A DNA stretch of 64,000 bases, taken from IMG/VR virus record IMGVR_UViG_3300025098_005131, one strand, 5' to 3'. The stretch is from a virus. Taxonomy: Duplodnaviria > Caudoviricetes. This document shows, piece by piece, positions 9,836 to 18,141 of the stretch (positions are counted from its first letter, which is position 1; every line of letters starts with the position of its first letter). The notes under the pieces were generated by a model. It did not search any database. It was not told where the DNA came from and saw nothing but the letters and a program-made list of their open reading frames with translations. The translations under genes were made by a program, and so were the position numbers.

Positions 9836-9931
9836 ATGATTTATATCACATCAGGAATCATTATATCGTTAATCGCTTACTCTTTCTATATTGTGTACAA
9901 TATATGCACAGGAAAAATCTACAGGAGATAA
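9836..9931 (+). CDS. 31-aa single-TM peptide
   Basis: MIYITSGIIISLIAYSFYIVYNICTGKIYRR, directly after the promoter at 9787. Confidence 0.4.
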   Translation: MIYITSGIIISLIAYSFYIVYNICTGKIYRR

Positions 9932-9933
9932 AA

Positions 9934-10311
9934 ATGGAATCGATCACAGTCAAAGTAAATGTTAGTGACAATCCTTGGCTTGCAAACTATAAAGAGTTTT
10001 CTTTTTCCAAGGAAAAAATTGTGACCATTGCAAAAGATCTTGTAGTTGAATGCACAGGTAGAGACTATAAGGCTTCACACGATTACGGTAAACATGTTTC
10101 TTTTGTTATGGAAAAATCTTGGGATAACACATGTGGTTCGATCATACCTCTTTATAAAGCTTTACAAGTTGTTTTAAGAGAGTTGAAAAAACCTGATGAG
10201 GGTTGGAGTGGTGGTGCAACTGCTGCAATAAGATGTATTGAAAGAAGAATGGCTTACGCTACACCAGGCTTTATCGAAGCAAAAAGATATAATGAAATAT
10301 ACGGGAGTTAA
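9934..10311 (+). CDS. hypothetical protein
   Basis: SD AGGAGA supports a start at 9934. Confidence 0.65.
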   Translation: MESITVKVNVSDNPWLANYKEFSFSKEKIVTIAKDLVVECTGRDYKASHDYGKHVSFVMEKSWDNTCGSIIPLYKALQVVLRELKKPDEGWSGGATAAIRCIERRMAYATPGFIEAKRYNEIYGS

Positions 10312-10334
10312 TATGAATAGTCGAGGTTTCTATA

Positions 10335-10544
10335 ATGGCTGATGATTTTGCTTTACTTTTTACAAGTCTTTGGTTTTTTTTATTGACAATCATGTTATCC
10401 ATTGCGAAAAACTTGTTTTGTTTTGAATGCATAGGCACTTTAAATACATCATTAATAGCTTTACTCTGCATCCTTTGCAGCCATGAAATTGCTGTTACAA
10501 TATCTTCGAGATTTTTCAAGGTGAATAAAAACCAAAAGAATTAA
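10335..10544 (+). CDS. small membrane protein
   Basis: Two hydrophobic stretches. Confidence 0.45.
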   Translation: MADDFALLFTSLWFFLLTIMLSIAKNLFCFECIGTLNTSLIALLCILCSHEIAVTISSRFFKVNKNQKN

Positions 10545-10626
10545 TTCTTCGTGTAAATTAGACCAAATACCAATTATAATATACCATAAGGTAACAACAA
10601 CAAATTTTTTAAAAAGGACATTAAAT

Positions 10627-11322
10627 ATGAACAACAACTTAATTGAAATTACAACTCCACTTCAATCTAAAAACGGAACTCGTATGTTTGAGTGCACTCG
10701 TACCGGAGCACATTACGGAAGTTACGCATCAGGTTACGTAAGAAGAAAAACTAACGGAAGTCACAATACTAAACGTTTTTACCAGTTAAACAAAAAGAAA
10801 AATTTCCCTGTGTTTAATGCTGCACTCAATATGACATTCAAAAATACGCAGCGTGTCATGATTGATACAGAAGAAGAAAGGCTTGCGCTTATTAATCAGC
10901 GAAGTTTAAAGTTTAAGTCTAATACACAACAAGTTAATACACAACAAGTTAATACACAACAAGTTAATACACAACAAGAAGAAGTTATGCTTAAAACTAA
11001 TACTACTACAAACACAAATCTTGATAAAAGTATATCTCATAGAAGCAGATCTTATGCTAATGCTAGAAAGAACTTGAAGTGGCCATCATACATTGTCCAG
11101 GTTGTTCACTCAAGTATGATGCTTAACGAAACACCTGGCATTATCGCAAGCCGTTTAGACCAGATGCTAACAGATATCCCAGGACATAGGTTTAATTTCA
11201 ACTCTCAGGAAGCAAAGATTGAAGCTATTCATAATGTCATGCAACACTTACAGTCTCGAGCTCGCCAATCTGTTAATCGTATGATTGATCACATTGATAA
11301 TGTAGATAGAACTAGAGGATAG
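10627..11322 (+). CDS. hypothetical protein with NTQQV repeats, N-terminus similar to 16948-17334
   Basis: KNGT..F...G..Y....G...R shared. Confidence 0.65.
   Translation: MNNNLIEITTPLQSKNGTRMFECTRTGAHYGSYASGYVRRKTNGSHNTKRFYQLNKKKNFPVFNAALNMTFKNTQRVMIDTEEERLALINQRSLKFKSNTQQVNTQQVNTQQVNTQQEEVMLKTNTTTNTNLDKSISHRSRSYANARKNLKWPSYIVQVVHSSMMLNETPGIIASRLDQMLTDIPGHRFNFNSQEAKIEAIHNVMQHLQSRARQSVNRMIDHIDNVDRTRG
10921..10978 (+). repeat. 15-bp tandem repeat AATACACAACAAGTT x about 4 (in frame)
   Basis: Direct. Confidence 0.95.
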
Positions 11323-11343
11323 AACTAGAGGATAGAACTAGAG
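11305..11343 (+). repeat. 13-bp tandem repeat GATAGAACTAGAG x3 spanning the stop codon
   Basis: Direct. Confidence 0.95.
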
Positions 11344-11355
11344 AGATTCTCTTGC

Positions 11356-11421
11356 GTGCAACTTAGATTAAATTCATATTATAATATACCATAAGGCAAC
11401 AACAATTAATCATTCAAAAGG
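11356..11421 (+). repeat. 66-bp promoter repeat, copy C (63/66 identical to 11693-11758)
   Basis: Direct comparison. The pair brackets one gene. Confidence 0.9.
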
Positions 11422-11427
11422 TCTTAA

Positions 11428-11703
11428 ATGAAAAACAATTATTCAGCAAGCTTGGCATCTGATGTGATAAGAGGTAGCAGAAATTTAGGTAGAAATAGAG
11501 AACTAAATAATCTATCTTCAGATGACTTAATTAACTTAATTAAAGACTACGTTAACAAGTACGGTCAGCCTGAAAATTATAATGGCATGTTGGTTTGGTC
11601 AAATGTTTCAGGTAACACTTATAGTTTAAGTGCCTATAAAAACAACAAGCCTTTCAATCCAGAAGAATTAAATCTAAATAATGCTCTCTTAAGTGTAACT
11701 TAG
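11428..11703 (+). CDS. hypothetical protein
   Basis: Sole gene between 66-bp repeats C and D. Confidence 0.65.
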   Translation: MKNNYSASLASDVIRGSRNLGRNRELNNLSSDDLINLIKDYVNKYGQPENYNGMLVWSNVSGNTYSLSAYKNNKPFNPEELNLNNALLSVT

Positions 11704-11758
11704 ATCAACTTCATATTATAATATACCATAAGGCAACAACAATTAATCATTCAAAAGG
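11693..11758 (+). repeat. 66-bp promoter repeat, copy D
   Basis: Direct comparison with 11356-11421. Confidence 0.9.
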
Positions 11759-11766
11759 ACTTTATT

Positions 11767-12534
11767 ATGAATACCAACATTCAAAACATCAATACTAATA
11801 ATAACAACCAGCCTGTAGGGGTTTCCATGAACACAACAAATTCTTTGATTCAAGCACTTGTTACTCACTTTAATGATAATCCTCAAGGATTTACTTCTTA
11901 TCGAAAAGAAATTGAAAGCCTTCTCAAGGAAAATATCAAGCCTATTGCTTCTCGCAGTTCTAAAGTTGGTGATAACTGGCGTGCTGATCTTAAATCCAAG
12001 TTCAGCGGCCGAGGTGCTAAATGGGTCTTTGTTTCGCTTGAAAGCATCGAACAAACACTCGTTCAGCTTGAAACTAACGGCATTGATTGCGCTGACTATC
12101 GTAAAAACGTTGTGAAGCTTGGTAAGGCTTGGGTTCGATTTAATGGTGCTCGGGTTGACAGTGGTATTAAATGTGCTGCATTTGAAGTTCGTACTGAAGG
12201 CTCAACCATTGATCACCCCAAGCAGGTTCATATGATTAATGTTGATGACTTGGATGATTTAATTGAGGTTATGCCTGGTACGCCAAAAGGTTTAAAGCTT
12301 GAAGAAGACGCAGCTCCAATGCCTAGAATTTCTAAGTCTAAAGTAGAGAACAAACCAAAATCAAAACCAGCTGTTAGCGAGCTTGAAGCTTTAAGTGAAG
12401 AAATTAATCTAGAGCTTCGAGAGCCAGAACTAAATGACACTCCAGAAAGTAACGATCCTGCAGACTGGGAAGCATTCTTAGCTTCAGAAGGTCTTATTGA
12501 TGATGACTTTGATATGATTGATGACGAGATCTAA
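11767..12534 (+). CDS. hypothetical protein, SGRG..W family paralog 1, acidic tail
   Basis: FSGRGAKW..KAWVRF..FEVRTEGSTIDHP..TPKGLKL. Confidence 0.75.
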   Translation: MNTNIQNINTNNNNQPVGVSMNTTNSLIQALVTHFNDNPQGFTSYRKEIESLLKENIKPIASRSSKVGDNWRADLKSKFSGRGAKWVFVSLESIEQTLVQLETNGIDCADYRKNVVKLGKAWVRFNGARVDSGIKCAAFEVRTEGSTIDHPKQVHMINVDDLDDLIEVMPGTPKGLKLEEDAAPMPRISKSKVENKPKSKPAVSELEALSEEINLELREPELNDTPESNDPADWEAFLASEGLIDDDFDMIDDEI

Positions 12535-12548
12535 TACATAATACATGT

Positions 12549-12577
12549 CTTGCGTGTCCTACCCCTTGTCCCGTCAA
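12549..12577. other. bipartite motif TTGC(G/C)-N17-CGTCAA, copy 1
   Basis: Same spacing at 32336-32364 and 33901-33929. Confidence 0.45.
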
Positions 12578-12607
12578 GCCCGTTCTCTTTTTGTGTTCGG
12601 CAAATAT

Positions 12608-12680
12608 CCTCTTGTAGCTCAGTGGTAAGAGCAGTATTCTTAAAAAGTAAAGGTCGGCAGTTCAATCCTGCCCAAGAGGT
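12608..12680 (+). tRNA. non-canonical tRNA, anticodon UAA, short variable loop
   Basis: Perfect acceptor stem CCTCTTG/CAAGAGG, D arm, GGCAG-TTCAATC-CTGCC T arm. Weak anticodon stem, U73, no CCA. Confidence 0.7.
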
Positions 12681-12730
12681 CTCTGTTTTACGACAGGATT
12701 AATCTTATTCAATACAAAGGAAATTATATT

Positions 12731-12925
12731 ATGAATCATTCTACATACACTACATTCAATAATCAAGCAAACGTTCTAGTTGTATACTCAGCTGTGTCTC
12801 ATGTTATTAATGACAAAAGCGAAGGCTGTTGGATTTGGTTCCATAGTGGTAAGTGTGTTCACGTCGCTGAATCGATGAGCGATGTAACAGCTGATGTTGG
12901 TGACTACCTTGACACTTTAAAATAG
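12731..12925 (+). CDS. hypothetical protein
   Basis: SD and ATG. Confidence 0.55.
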   Translation: MNHSTYTTFNNQANVLVVYSAVSHVINDKSEGCWIWFHSGKCVHVAESMSDVTADVGDYLDTLK

Positions 12926-12932
12926 GAGACAC

Positions 12933-13211
12933 ATGAAAACACTCATGCTTTCAGCTTTGCTTGTAATATGCGGTTGCAATTTTAAAGAGCCACGTCGCGA
13001 CGGCAAGACTAAAATCCCAGTTTTTAAAGTTATATGTAAACACCCACATAAAGGTTACGTATCTTATTTTGTCAAAGATGTTTACAAAAATATAAGACCA
13101 TATAAACATAGAAACTCTATCTGGTTTTTTAGAGATATCAATGGTGTTTTAGTTGAATCTAGTCTAGGGTGTTATACAGACTCCACCATGAAAGGCTTTA
13201 TGAAAAAATGA
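12933..13211 (+). CDS. small lipoprotein, paralog of 3380-3622
   Basis: ICGC lipobox and shared motif. Confidence 0.7.
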   Translation: MKTLMLSALLVICGCNFKEPRRDGKTKIPVFKVICKHPHKGYVSYFVKDVYKNIRPYKHRNSIWFFRDINGVLVESSLGCYTDSTMKGFMKK

Positions 13212-13510
13212 AATTACTAACAGTAAAAAGCTCTTTTGTGTTAAACAGTAAAGATTTAAATTGTATTGTGCCAGTAGGTGCTAAACTCAATTATATTAAG
13301 GAAACATATCACTTTTATCATGCTTATTATGAGTCACATAATTACAAGGCAGCTGCTGTGTATAAAGAAAAAGAGTTAGAATTAAGAGTTCATAGAGTTC
13401 ATGGGTCAAAAAGTTTTAAGATCTTAGACTGCAAGCCTACACATGGTGATAAAAGCAAAGCATACTGGCAGGACTTATTTGAAGAAGAGTGCCCGTTGGA
13501 GATTAGGTAG
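13208..13510 (+). CDS. hypothetical protein
   Basis: ATGA overlap start at 13208. Confidence 0.55.
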   Translation: MKLLTVKSSFVLNSKDLNCIVPVGAKLNYIKETYHFYHAYYESHNYKAAAVYKEKELELRVHRVHGSKSFKILDCKPTHGDKSKAYWQDLFEEECPLEIR

Positions 13511-13514
13511 TTTT

Positions 13515-13682
13515 ATGATAATCAATGAAGATTTACAAAGCATTGTAACTATTATACTTTTAATCTGTGCAGTATTTATGACTTTTTATCTTGTCGTCAT
13601 TTTTCCAACTTATTTCGCCGGATTCTTTTTTGGTCTATTGTTCTACTCTTTTATAGATGCGTTTATAAAGAAAGATCTGTAA
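13515..13682 (+). CDS. small membrane protein
   Basis: Two TM segments. Confidence 0.5.
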   Translation: MIINEDLQSIVTIILLICAVFMTFYLVVIFPTYFAGFFFGLLFYSFIDAFIKKDL

Positions 13683-13687
13683 GGTAA

Positions 13688-13996
13688 ATGAAATTGGAAG
13701 CCTTCAAAGTAAAAAGTTTAATAACACTAAGAAAAGATATGGGTAGCTTTCCTTTAGCAAACCAGTTACCTGACTTTACAAAGAAGTTTGATGTTATTCC
13801 TTACTATCTAGGACCACATCATGATGGCTTTGCGCTAGAAGATGACACTTTACTTATCTTAGAAACTTTTACGCAGAAGAGAAAGTCTATGCCTTACGCT
13901 TATAAATGTTTATTTAAAGACAGAATAGTTTATCTTGTTCATATGCAAGCAGAAAGAATAGATCCTAATATATGTTTTGTCACGTGTAATAAATAA
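13688..13996 (+). CDS. hypothetical protein
   Basis: 3' end overlaps a promoter hexamer. Confidence 0.55.
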   Translation: MKLEAFKVKSLITLRKDMGSFPLANQLPDFTKKFDVIPYYLGPHHDGFALEDDTLLILETFTQKRKSMPYAYKCLFKDRIVYLVHMQAERIDPNICFVTCNK

Positions 13997-14041
13997 AATT
14001 ATTGTTTATAATATAAAGTCAGGAAAAAAAGGAGAATAAAT

Positions 14042-14257
14042 TTGATAAATTATTATGCATATTCAGGTGATAAAACTCTTGAAGAAAGTAGAAAGTCTGA
14101 TATTAATTCAACTAACTTTAAATCAGGAAGCAGCGATTTTGCAATAAAACTTTGCAATAAAAAATTCGGAAAGAATAAATATAAATTGTTTTCATTCAAA
14201 AACTTTAACGACTTAACAACTTTTGATCAAATTATTCAGGAGGCAAAATGTTCATAA
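14042..14257 (+). CDS. hypothetical protein, similar to 8739-8939
   Basis: SD AGGAGA, TTG start. Confidence 0.55.
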   Translation: MINYYAYSGDKTLEESRKSDINSTNFKSGSSDFAIKLCNKKFGKNKYKLFSFKNFNDLTTFDQIIQEAKCS

Positions 14258-14502
14258 CAGACTTTTACGAGATCGCTGACGGCGCCGAACAAGAAATCGG
14301 AGTCAACATGTATTTAGACATAATTTTCAGTGATGAATTAAACAAGTATTTTAATTATAAGTACAATTATGACGATGATGTTATTACCTTAAACTTCGAA
14401 GTTGAAAAAGGCTCAGCGTCTATTGATATAGTTAATGCTCAATCACCAAATTATAGTTATCGTTTTAACAATATTTTTGAAAAACATATCGAGAGTGAGT
14501 GA
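14248..14502 (+). CDS. hypothetical protein
   Basis: SD AGGAGG. Confidence 0.6.
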   Translation: MFITDFYEIADGAEQEIGVNMYLDIIFSDELNKYFNYKYNYDDDVITLNFEVEKGSASIDIVNAQSPNYSYRFNNIFEKHIESE

Positions 14503-14753
14503 TAGATGTTATGTCAATATCTAAAAAACTTTGCAAAATAAGAATTGTTACTGATTGTACAGAATCTGGTAGAGAAGATATAAACGAAGAATCTCTAATT
14601 AAAGTTATAGACTTGAAAACTATCTATTATGATTTGAAAAGTAGTTCAAAAACAATCTTGGAAGATAAAAGATTAACAGCAGTCAACGAAAACAGACTTT
14701 TGTCAATTCTTATCTTAGACCAAAATATTGACTGGAGCAAAATAATTTCTTGA
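14499..14753 (+). CDS. hypothetical protein
   Basis: GTGA overlap. Confidence 0.55.
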   Translation: MIDVMSISKKLCKIRIVTDCTESGREDINEESLIKVIDLKTIYYDLKSSSKTILEDKRLTAVNENRLLSILILDQNIDWSKIIS

Positions 14754-15007
14754 AAAGGAATGATAGTTTTTTAGATATTGACATTGTCAAATACGCATTT
14801 TTCATTTGGTCGTTAAGCTTTTGTACTTGGCTAATTGAAATTAACTTTAAAATAGAAAGACTTTTAGCAGGAGCCTTTGTGTTCTTAGCTTTAATTTTAT
14901 TTCTAATTGTTAGGAGACTTTTGTGAGTTGTTATTACGACTACTTTGTTGGAGCATGTATTTGTGAAGAAAAAATTGAACAGATACCTTTAAGCCAACTT
15001 TTTACTT

Positions 15008-15322
15008 TTGCAATGGAGTTGCTTAATGTATAAATTAACATTACTATTAGCAAGTGCTTTTTTAATATTAGACGGATGCACAGATGCTGAATTTAGTAGA
15101 TATACAACGTTCGGACAGCGTGCTGAAATTATTTGTCGTAGTGGCGGCAAGATTACTTTTCATGGGATATCTACAGGCAAGGTATCTAATGAAAAAAATA
15201 GTGATGGTTACTTTGCCAAGTGGGAAGTAATTTCAGCACCTGATTACAGGCATGCAAAGCCAGGAGACGTTACTCCTGCAACGCTTTCAAGCGACTGTGA
15301 TATAATTTATATAGAAGACTAA
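15008..15322 (+). CDS. phage lipoprotein-like protein
   Basis: GCTDA lipobox. C.SGG...F.G.STGKV....SDGY motif. Confidence 0.65.
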   Translation: MQWSCLMYKLTLLLASAFLILDGCTDAEFSRYTTFGQRAEIICRSGGKITFHGISTGKVSNEKNSDGYFAKWEVISAPDYRHAKPGDVTPATLSSDCDIIYIED

Positions 15323-15345
15323 AAACAAAAACAAGGACTTATTTA

Positions 15346-15720
15346 GTGACATTTAGAAATATGTTTGCCCTACTTCTCTCTCTACAATATGGCTGTGAAG
15401 CTGATTCTAAATCTACAAGTCATATAGAATTTTTAAAAGATTCCGGTTACAAACGTTTATCATGTAATCTGGCATATAATAACACAGTTAATTCATATGA
15501 CTTTACTGCTGAAGTTGTTCCTGTTTCTAATAACTTAGAAATGCTCTTAGCAAGATGCAGTAAAAATGGATGTGATTTTAAAGTAATAAAAGATAATTCT
15601 ACGCCAAACAAGATTTTGTGTCAAAGGTATTATAACAACGACAGCTTTGATTCTGAGTTCGACAAAGATCAATTAGTCTTAACCTTTAATACAAAATATT
15701 TCTTAGATATAAAAGAATAA
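15346..15720 (+). CDS. putative lipoprotein
   Basis: YGC after a hydrophobic signal. Confidence 0.55.
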   Translation: MTFRNMFALLLSLQYGCEADSKSTSHIEFLKDSGYKRLSCNLAYNNTVNSYDFTAEVVPVSNNLEMLLARCSKNGCDFKVIKDNSTPNKILCQRYYNNDSFDSEFDKDQLVLTFNTKYFLDIKE

Positions 15721-15794
15721 TATAAAGTGTAAATTATCAAATAATAAATTATAATATATTATAATAAATAAAAAACAAATTTAGGAGCAAATAC

Positions 15795-15986
15795 TTGAAC
15801 ATTCCTTATATAAGCTTAATGATGCTTTATCTTATTCCAATTAGCGCAATGTTAATATTAAATTCTATTCAAGACATCAAAGACATATTTAGAAGAATAA
15901 AGACAGGTGATTATTTTGTTGTAGTAGAAAAATGTGCTGCACCGATCTTATCTTTGGGAATTGCAGCTTCTTTTTATCTTTACTGA
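15795..15986 (+). CDS. small membrane protein
   Basis: Two TM segments, follows a promoter. Confidence 0.5.
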   Translation: MNIPYISLMMLYLIPISAMLILNSIQDIKDIFRRIKTGDYFVVVEKCAAPILSLGIAASFYLY

Positions 15987-15995
15987 AAGGGTTTT

Positions 15996-16295
15996 ATGAA
16001 AGACTTAATTGAATACAAGTTTGGAGATATTTCTATTAAAAAGGTTTCAAACGGTTGGATGCTCGTTGAAGGCTCTTCAAGAGATGAAGATGAAATAATG
16101 TTTTCTGTTTATGAGTCTGAAGAAAGACCTTTTTTAGATCATACTAATGCTACTTTAGGTGATGCCGAATCACTAGTAAGGCTTTTAGAAGATGCATTTG
16201 AATCTTATCTTCAATGCAAGCAGTTTGGTGGCATTTCAATCAGTTTTCATGAAAAAGGTTATGAAGATGATAAAGAAAAATTAATTGAAACATAA
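15996..16295 (+). CDS. hypothetical protein
   Basis: SD and ATG. Confidence 0.6.
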   Translation: MKDLIEYKFGDISIKKVSNGWMLVEGSSRDEDEIMFSVYESEERPFLDHTNATLGDAESLVRLLEDAFESYLQCKQFGGISISFHEKGYEDDKEKLIET

Positions 16296-16369
16296 TGTGT
16301 AAATTAGATTAAATACAAATATAATAATAGTATAAGGCAACAAAAATTAATTCTTTAAAGGTATAAAAA

Positions 16370-16531
16370 ATGGCAAGGTATATTTCAAAGTTCGAGTTTG
16401 CTTGTGAATTATTTGGCTATGAAAAAGCAATTAACATGGACAAGCCCATTATAGAATCATATTATAATGACTGGAAATCTTCTACTTATTCTTTAAAAAT
16501 TTACAAAAACTTACTTAAAACTAGAGGTTAA
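16370..16531 (+). CDS. 53-aa hypothetical protein (below track cutoff)
   Basis: MARYISKFEFACELFG..., first gene after the promoter at 16297. Confidence 0.55.
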   Translation: MARYISKFEFACELFGYEKAINMDKPIIESYYNDWKSSTYSLKIYKNLLKTRG

Positions 16532-16532
16532 T

Positions 16533-16820
16533 TTGATTATCAAAGAAGACTTTATGATGCTAGACTTTAATAAATTTGAACACACGAAAAAATACTGCCA
16601 GCTTCTTAGCTCTAAACCAGAAGATTTAATGATGTGCAAAGAGTCTAATTCTTACAACAGCTTAATTAATAAGTCTAATAAGATGGGAACACTTAATCTC
16701 AAATATAACGGTGAGTTTTTTGATGTAGTTTTTAGAAACATTGCAGGAAACCCTTTTGCTTTCTATCCTGGAATGAAGTTAATAATCATCGGCCGCCGAT
16801 CTTTAGATCGCTTACTTTAA
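16533..16820 (+). CDS. hypothetical protein
   Basis: Operon packing. Confidence 0.5.
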   Translation: MIIKEDFMMLDFNKFEHTKKYCQLLSSKPEDLMMCKESNSYNSLINKSNKMGTLNLKYNGEFFDVVFRNIAGNPFAFYPGMKLIIIGRRSLDRLL

Positions 16821-16947
16821 CAATAAAAGACTACATCTGTAGTCAAAACAAACGCAATAATAAGTTTATTGTGAATTACTTAGTTAAACTATAATATAGT
16901 TTTTCTAAGCTACCCAAACTTAAACACACCACTTGAAAGGAAAAAGC

Positions 16948-17334
16948 ATGGGAAATACACTTTTTGATACTAATCGTTTTGTTGAGAATACTTCTGTAAA
17001 CCAATTGAAGAATGGCACAATCCAATTTATGGACACACAAAATCCAGGAGTTTATTACACAACTCATCGTAACGGAAACATCAATAGAGTAATTAAGACT
17101 AACGAGACAATTGTAACATCTGATGGAACTAATACTACTCGTCAAATTGTTAAACCACGTACACGATCTTATTCAGTAAATTATCGACAGTCAGGTAATG
17201 GTGGCTTTGTAAAGCTCCACCGTCTATCAGACCAACTTGGTCGTATCCAAGAGGTAGGAGCTTTCTATTCTACAGATCAGACTATGAATGTTGTTAACGC
17301 AGATGGTCAAACAATTATTACAACACCTCGTTAA
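16948..17334 (+). CDS. hypothetical protein, N-terminus similar to 10627-11322
   Basis: SD AAGGAA before the ATG at 16948. Confidence 0.65.
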   Translation: MGNTLFDTNRFVENTSVNQLKNGTIQFMDTQNPGVYYTTHRNGNINRVIKTNETIVTSDGTNTTRQIVKPRTRSYSVNYRQSGNGGFVKLHRLSDQLGRIQEVGAFYSTDQTMNVVNADGQTIITTPR

Positions 17335-17378
17335 AACTTGTTTAAACTTTTAACTTATTAGTTATATAATGTAACTAA

Positions 17379-17400
17379 GGTTTATCCATCGGGATAAGCC
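17379..17400 (+). other. hairpin at the 5' leader of the tRNA cluster
   Basis: GGTTTATCC-ATCG-GGATAAGCC, just downstream of TATAAT at 17365. Confidence 0.5.
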
Positions 17401-17406
17401 AATTTA

Positions 17407-17479
17407 GGGCCTTTAGCTCAGTGGTTAGAGCATCCGACTCATAATCGGCAGGTCCTGGGTTCAAACCCCAGAGGGCCCA
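17407..17479 (+). tRNA. tRNA-Ile2 (CAU, lysidine type), Met less likely
   Basis: Cloverleaf, anticodon loop CTCATAA, body resembles bacterial Ile2. No CCA. Confidence 0.85.
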
Positions 17480-17505
17480 TTCTTTTAAATTAATAAATCA
17501 AATAT

Positions 17506-17578
17506 GCTGGTGTAGCTCAATTGGCAGAGCAGCTGATTTGTAATCAGCAGGTTAAGGGTTCGAGTCCCCTCATCAGCT
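17506..17578 (+). tRNA. tRNA-Thr(UGU)
   Basis: Cloverleaf, GCTGA-TTTGTAA-TCAGC. Confidence 0.95.
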
Positions 17579-17626
17579 TTCCCGTAATTAAACAATTACA
17601 GACACAGACACAGAAAGGAGTTTGAT

Positions 17627-17830
17627 ATGGGAGATTTAAATAAAAACGGTTACGAGATTCGTGAGAGTTTACTTGGACTTGCAGTCGGAATTTTGGATAC
17701 AAGAAACGCTACTTTGCGTGAAAACGAGTATTTAAAAGCTGAAGGTAAGCAACAAGAAATTCAACCGTACGACGTTCAAGAAGTTTTAAAAACTGCTGAG
17801 ACATTGTATCAATTCGTATCCAAGAAGTAA
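17627..17830 (+). CDS. small phage protein
   Basis: YEIR..LL.LA...EVL.TAE.LYQFV pattern, strong SD. Confidence 0.7.
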   Translation: MGDLNKNGYEIRESLLGLAVGILDTRNATLRENEYLKAEGKQQEIQPYDVQEVLKTAETLYQFVSKK

Positions 17831-17839
17831 TGAGTTTTT

Positions 17840-18007
17840 ATGTTGCACAAAGTAGTAAGATTTTTATTAGGTTTGCATGGTTCTTTTCATGTTGTTGAAA
17901 CAGGATTAAATCTATATGAAGGTGCTTATCTTAGTGCAGCATTAACTTTATTTTCTTCAATTGTGATGTTACTTGGCGCTTATATTGATCATGAGCATCA
18001 CAGATAA
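17840..18007 (+). CDS. 55-aa His-rich membrane peptide (below track cutoff)
   Basis: MLHKVVRFLLGLHGSFHVVE...DHEHHR. Confidence 0.5.
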   Translation: MLHKVVRFLLGLHGSFHVVETGLNLYEGAYLSAALTLFSSIVMLLGAYIDHEHHR

Positions 18008-18018
18008 TTAATAATTTA

Positions 18019-18100
18019 GCTCTGATGGTGGAACGGTATACACAGAAGACTTAAAATCTTCCGCCTTTAAGGCTTGCGGGTTCGAATCCCGCTCGGAGCA
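18019..18100 (+). tRNA. tRNA-Leu(UAA)
   Basis: Long variable arm, GAAGA-CTTAAAA-TCTTC, A73. Confidence 0.95.
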
Positions 18101-18141
18101 TTTATTTTACAACCTTTTAATTTAAAATGCGAGTTTAAATC

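Larger units (their letters stand above)
270..11758 (+). promoter_or_regulatory. 14 copies of promoter GTGTAA-N18-TATAAT-ATACCATAAGG (strong class)
   Basis: -35-like hexamer starts at 270, 750, 1340, 1793, 2658, 3669, 5794, 6870, 7745, 8039, 9787, 10551, 11356, 11693. Each has an 18-nt spacer (most with AGATT/AGACT/AGATC) and TATAAT, usually followed by an A/C-rich leader, SD and ATG. Confidence 0.85.

Noticed and set aside
270-11758. CRISPR array interpretation of the recurring 40-66 bp repeat
   Set aside because: The intervening segments are hundreds to thousands of bp of coding sequence, the repeats are degenerate and promoter-shaped, and no cas genes are present.
12608-12680. Ochre suppressor (UUA anticodon) reading of the odd tRNA
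   Set aside because: Standard cloverleaf numbering places TAA, not TTA, at positions 34-36.
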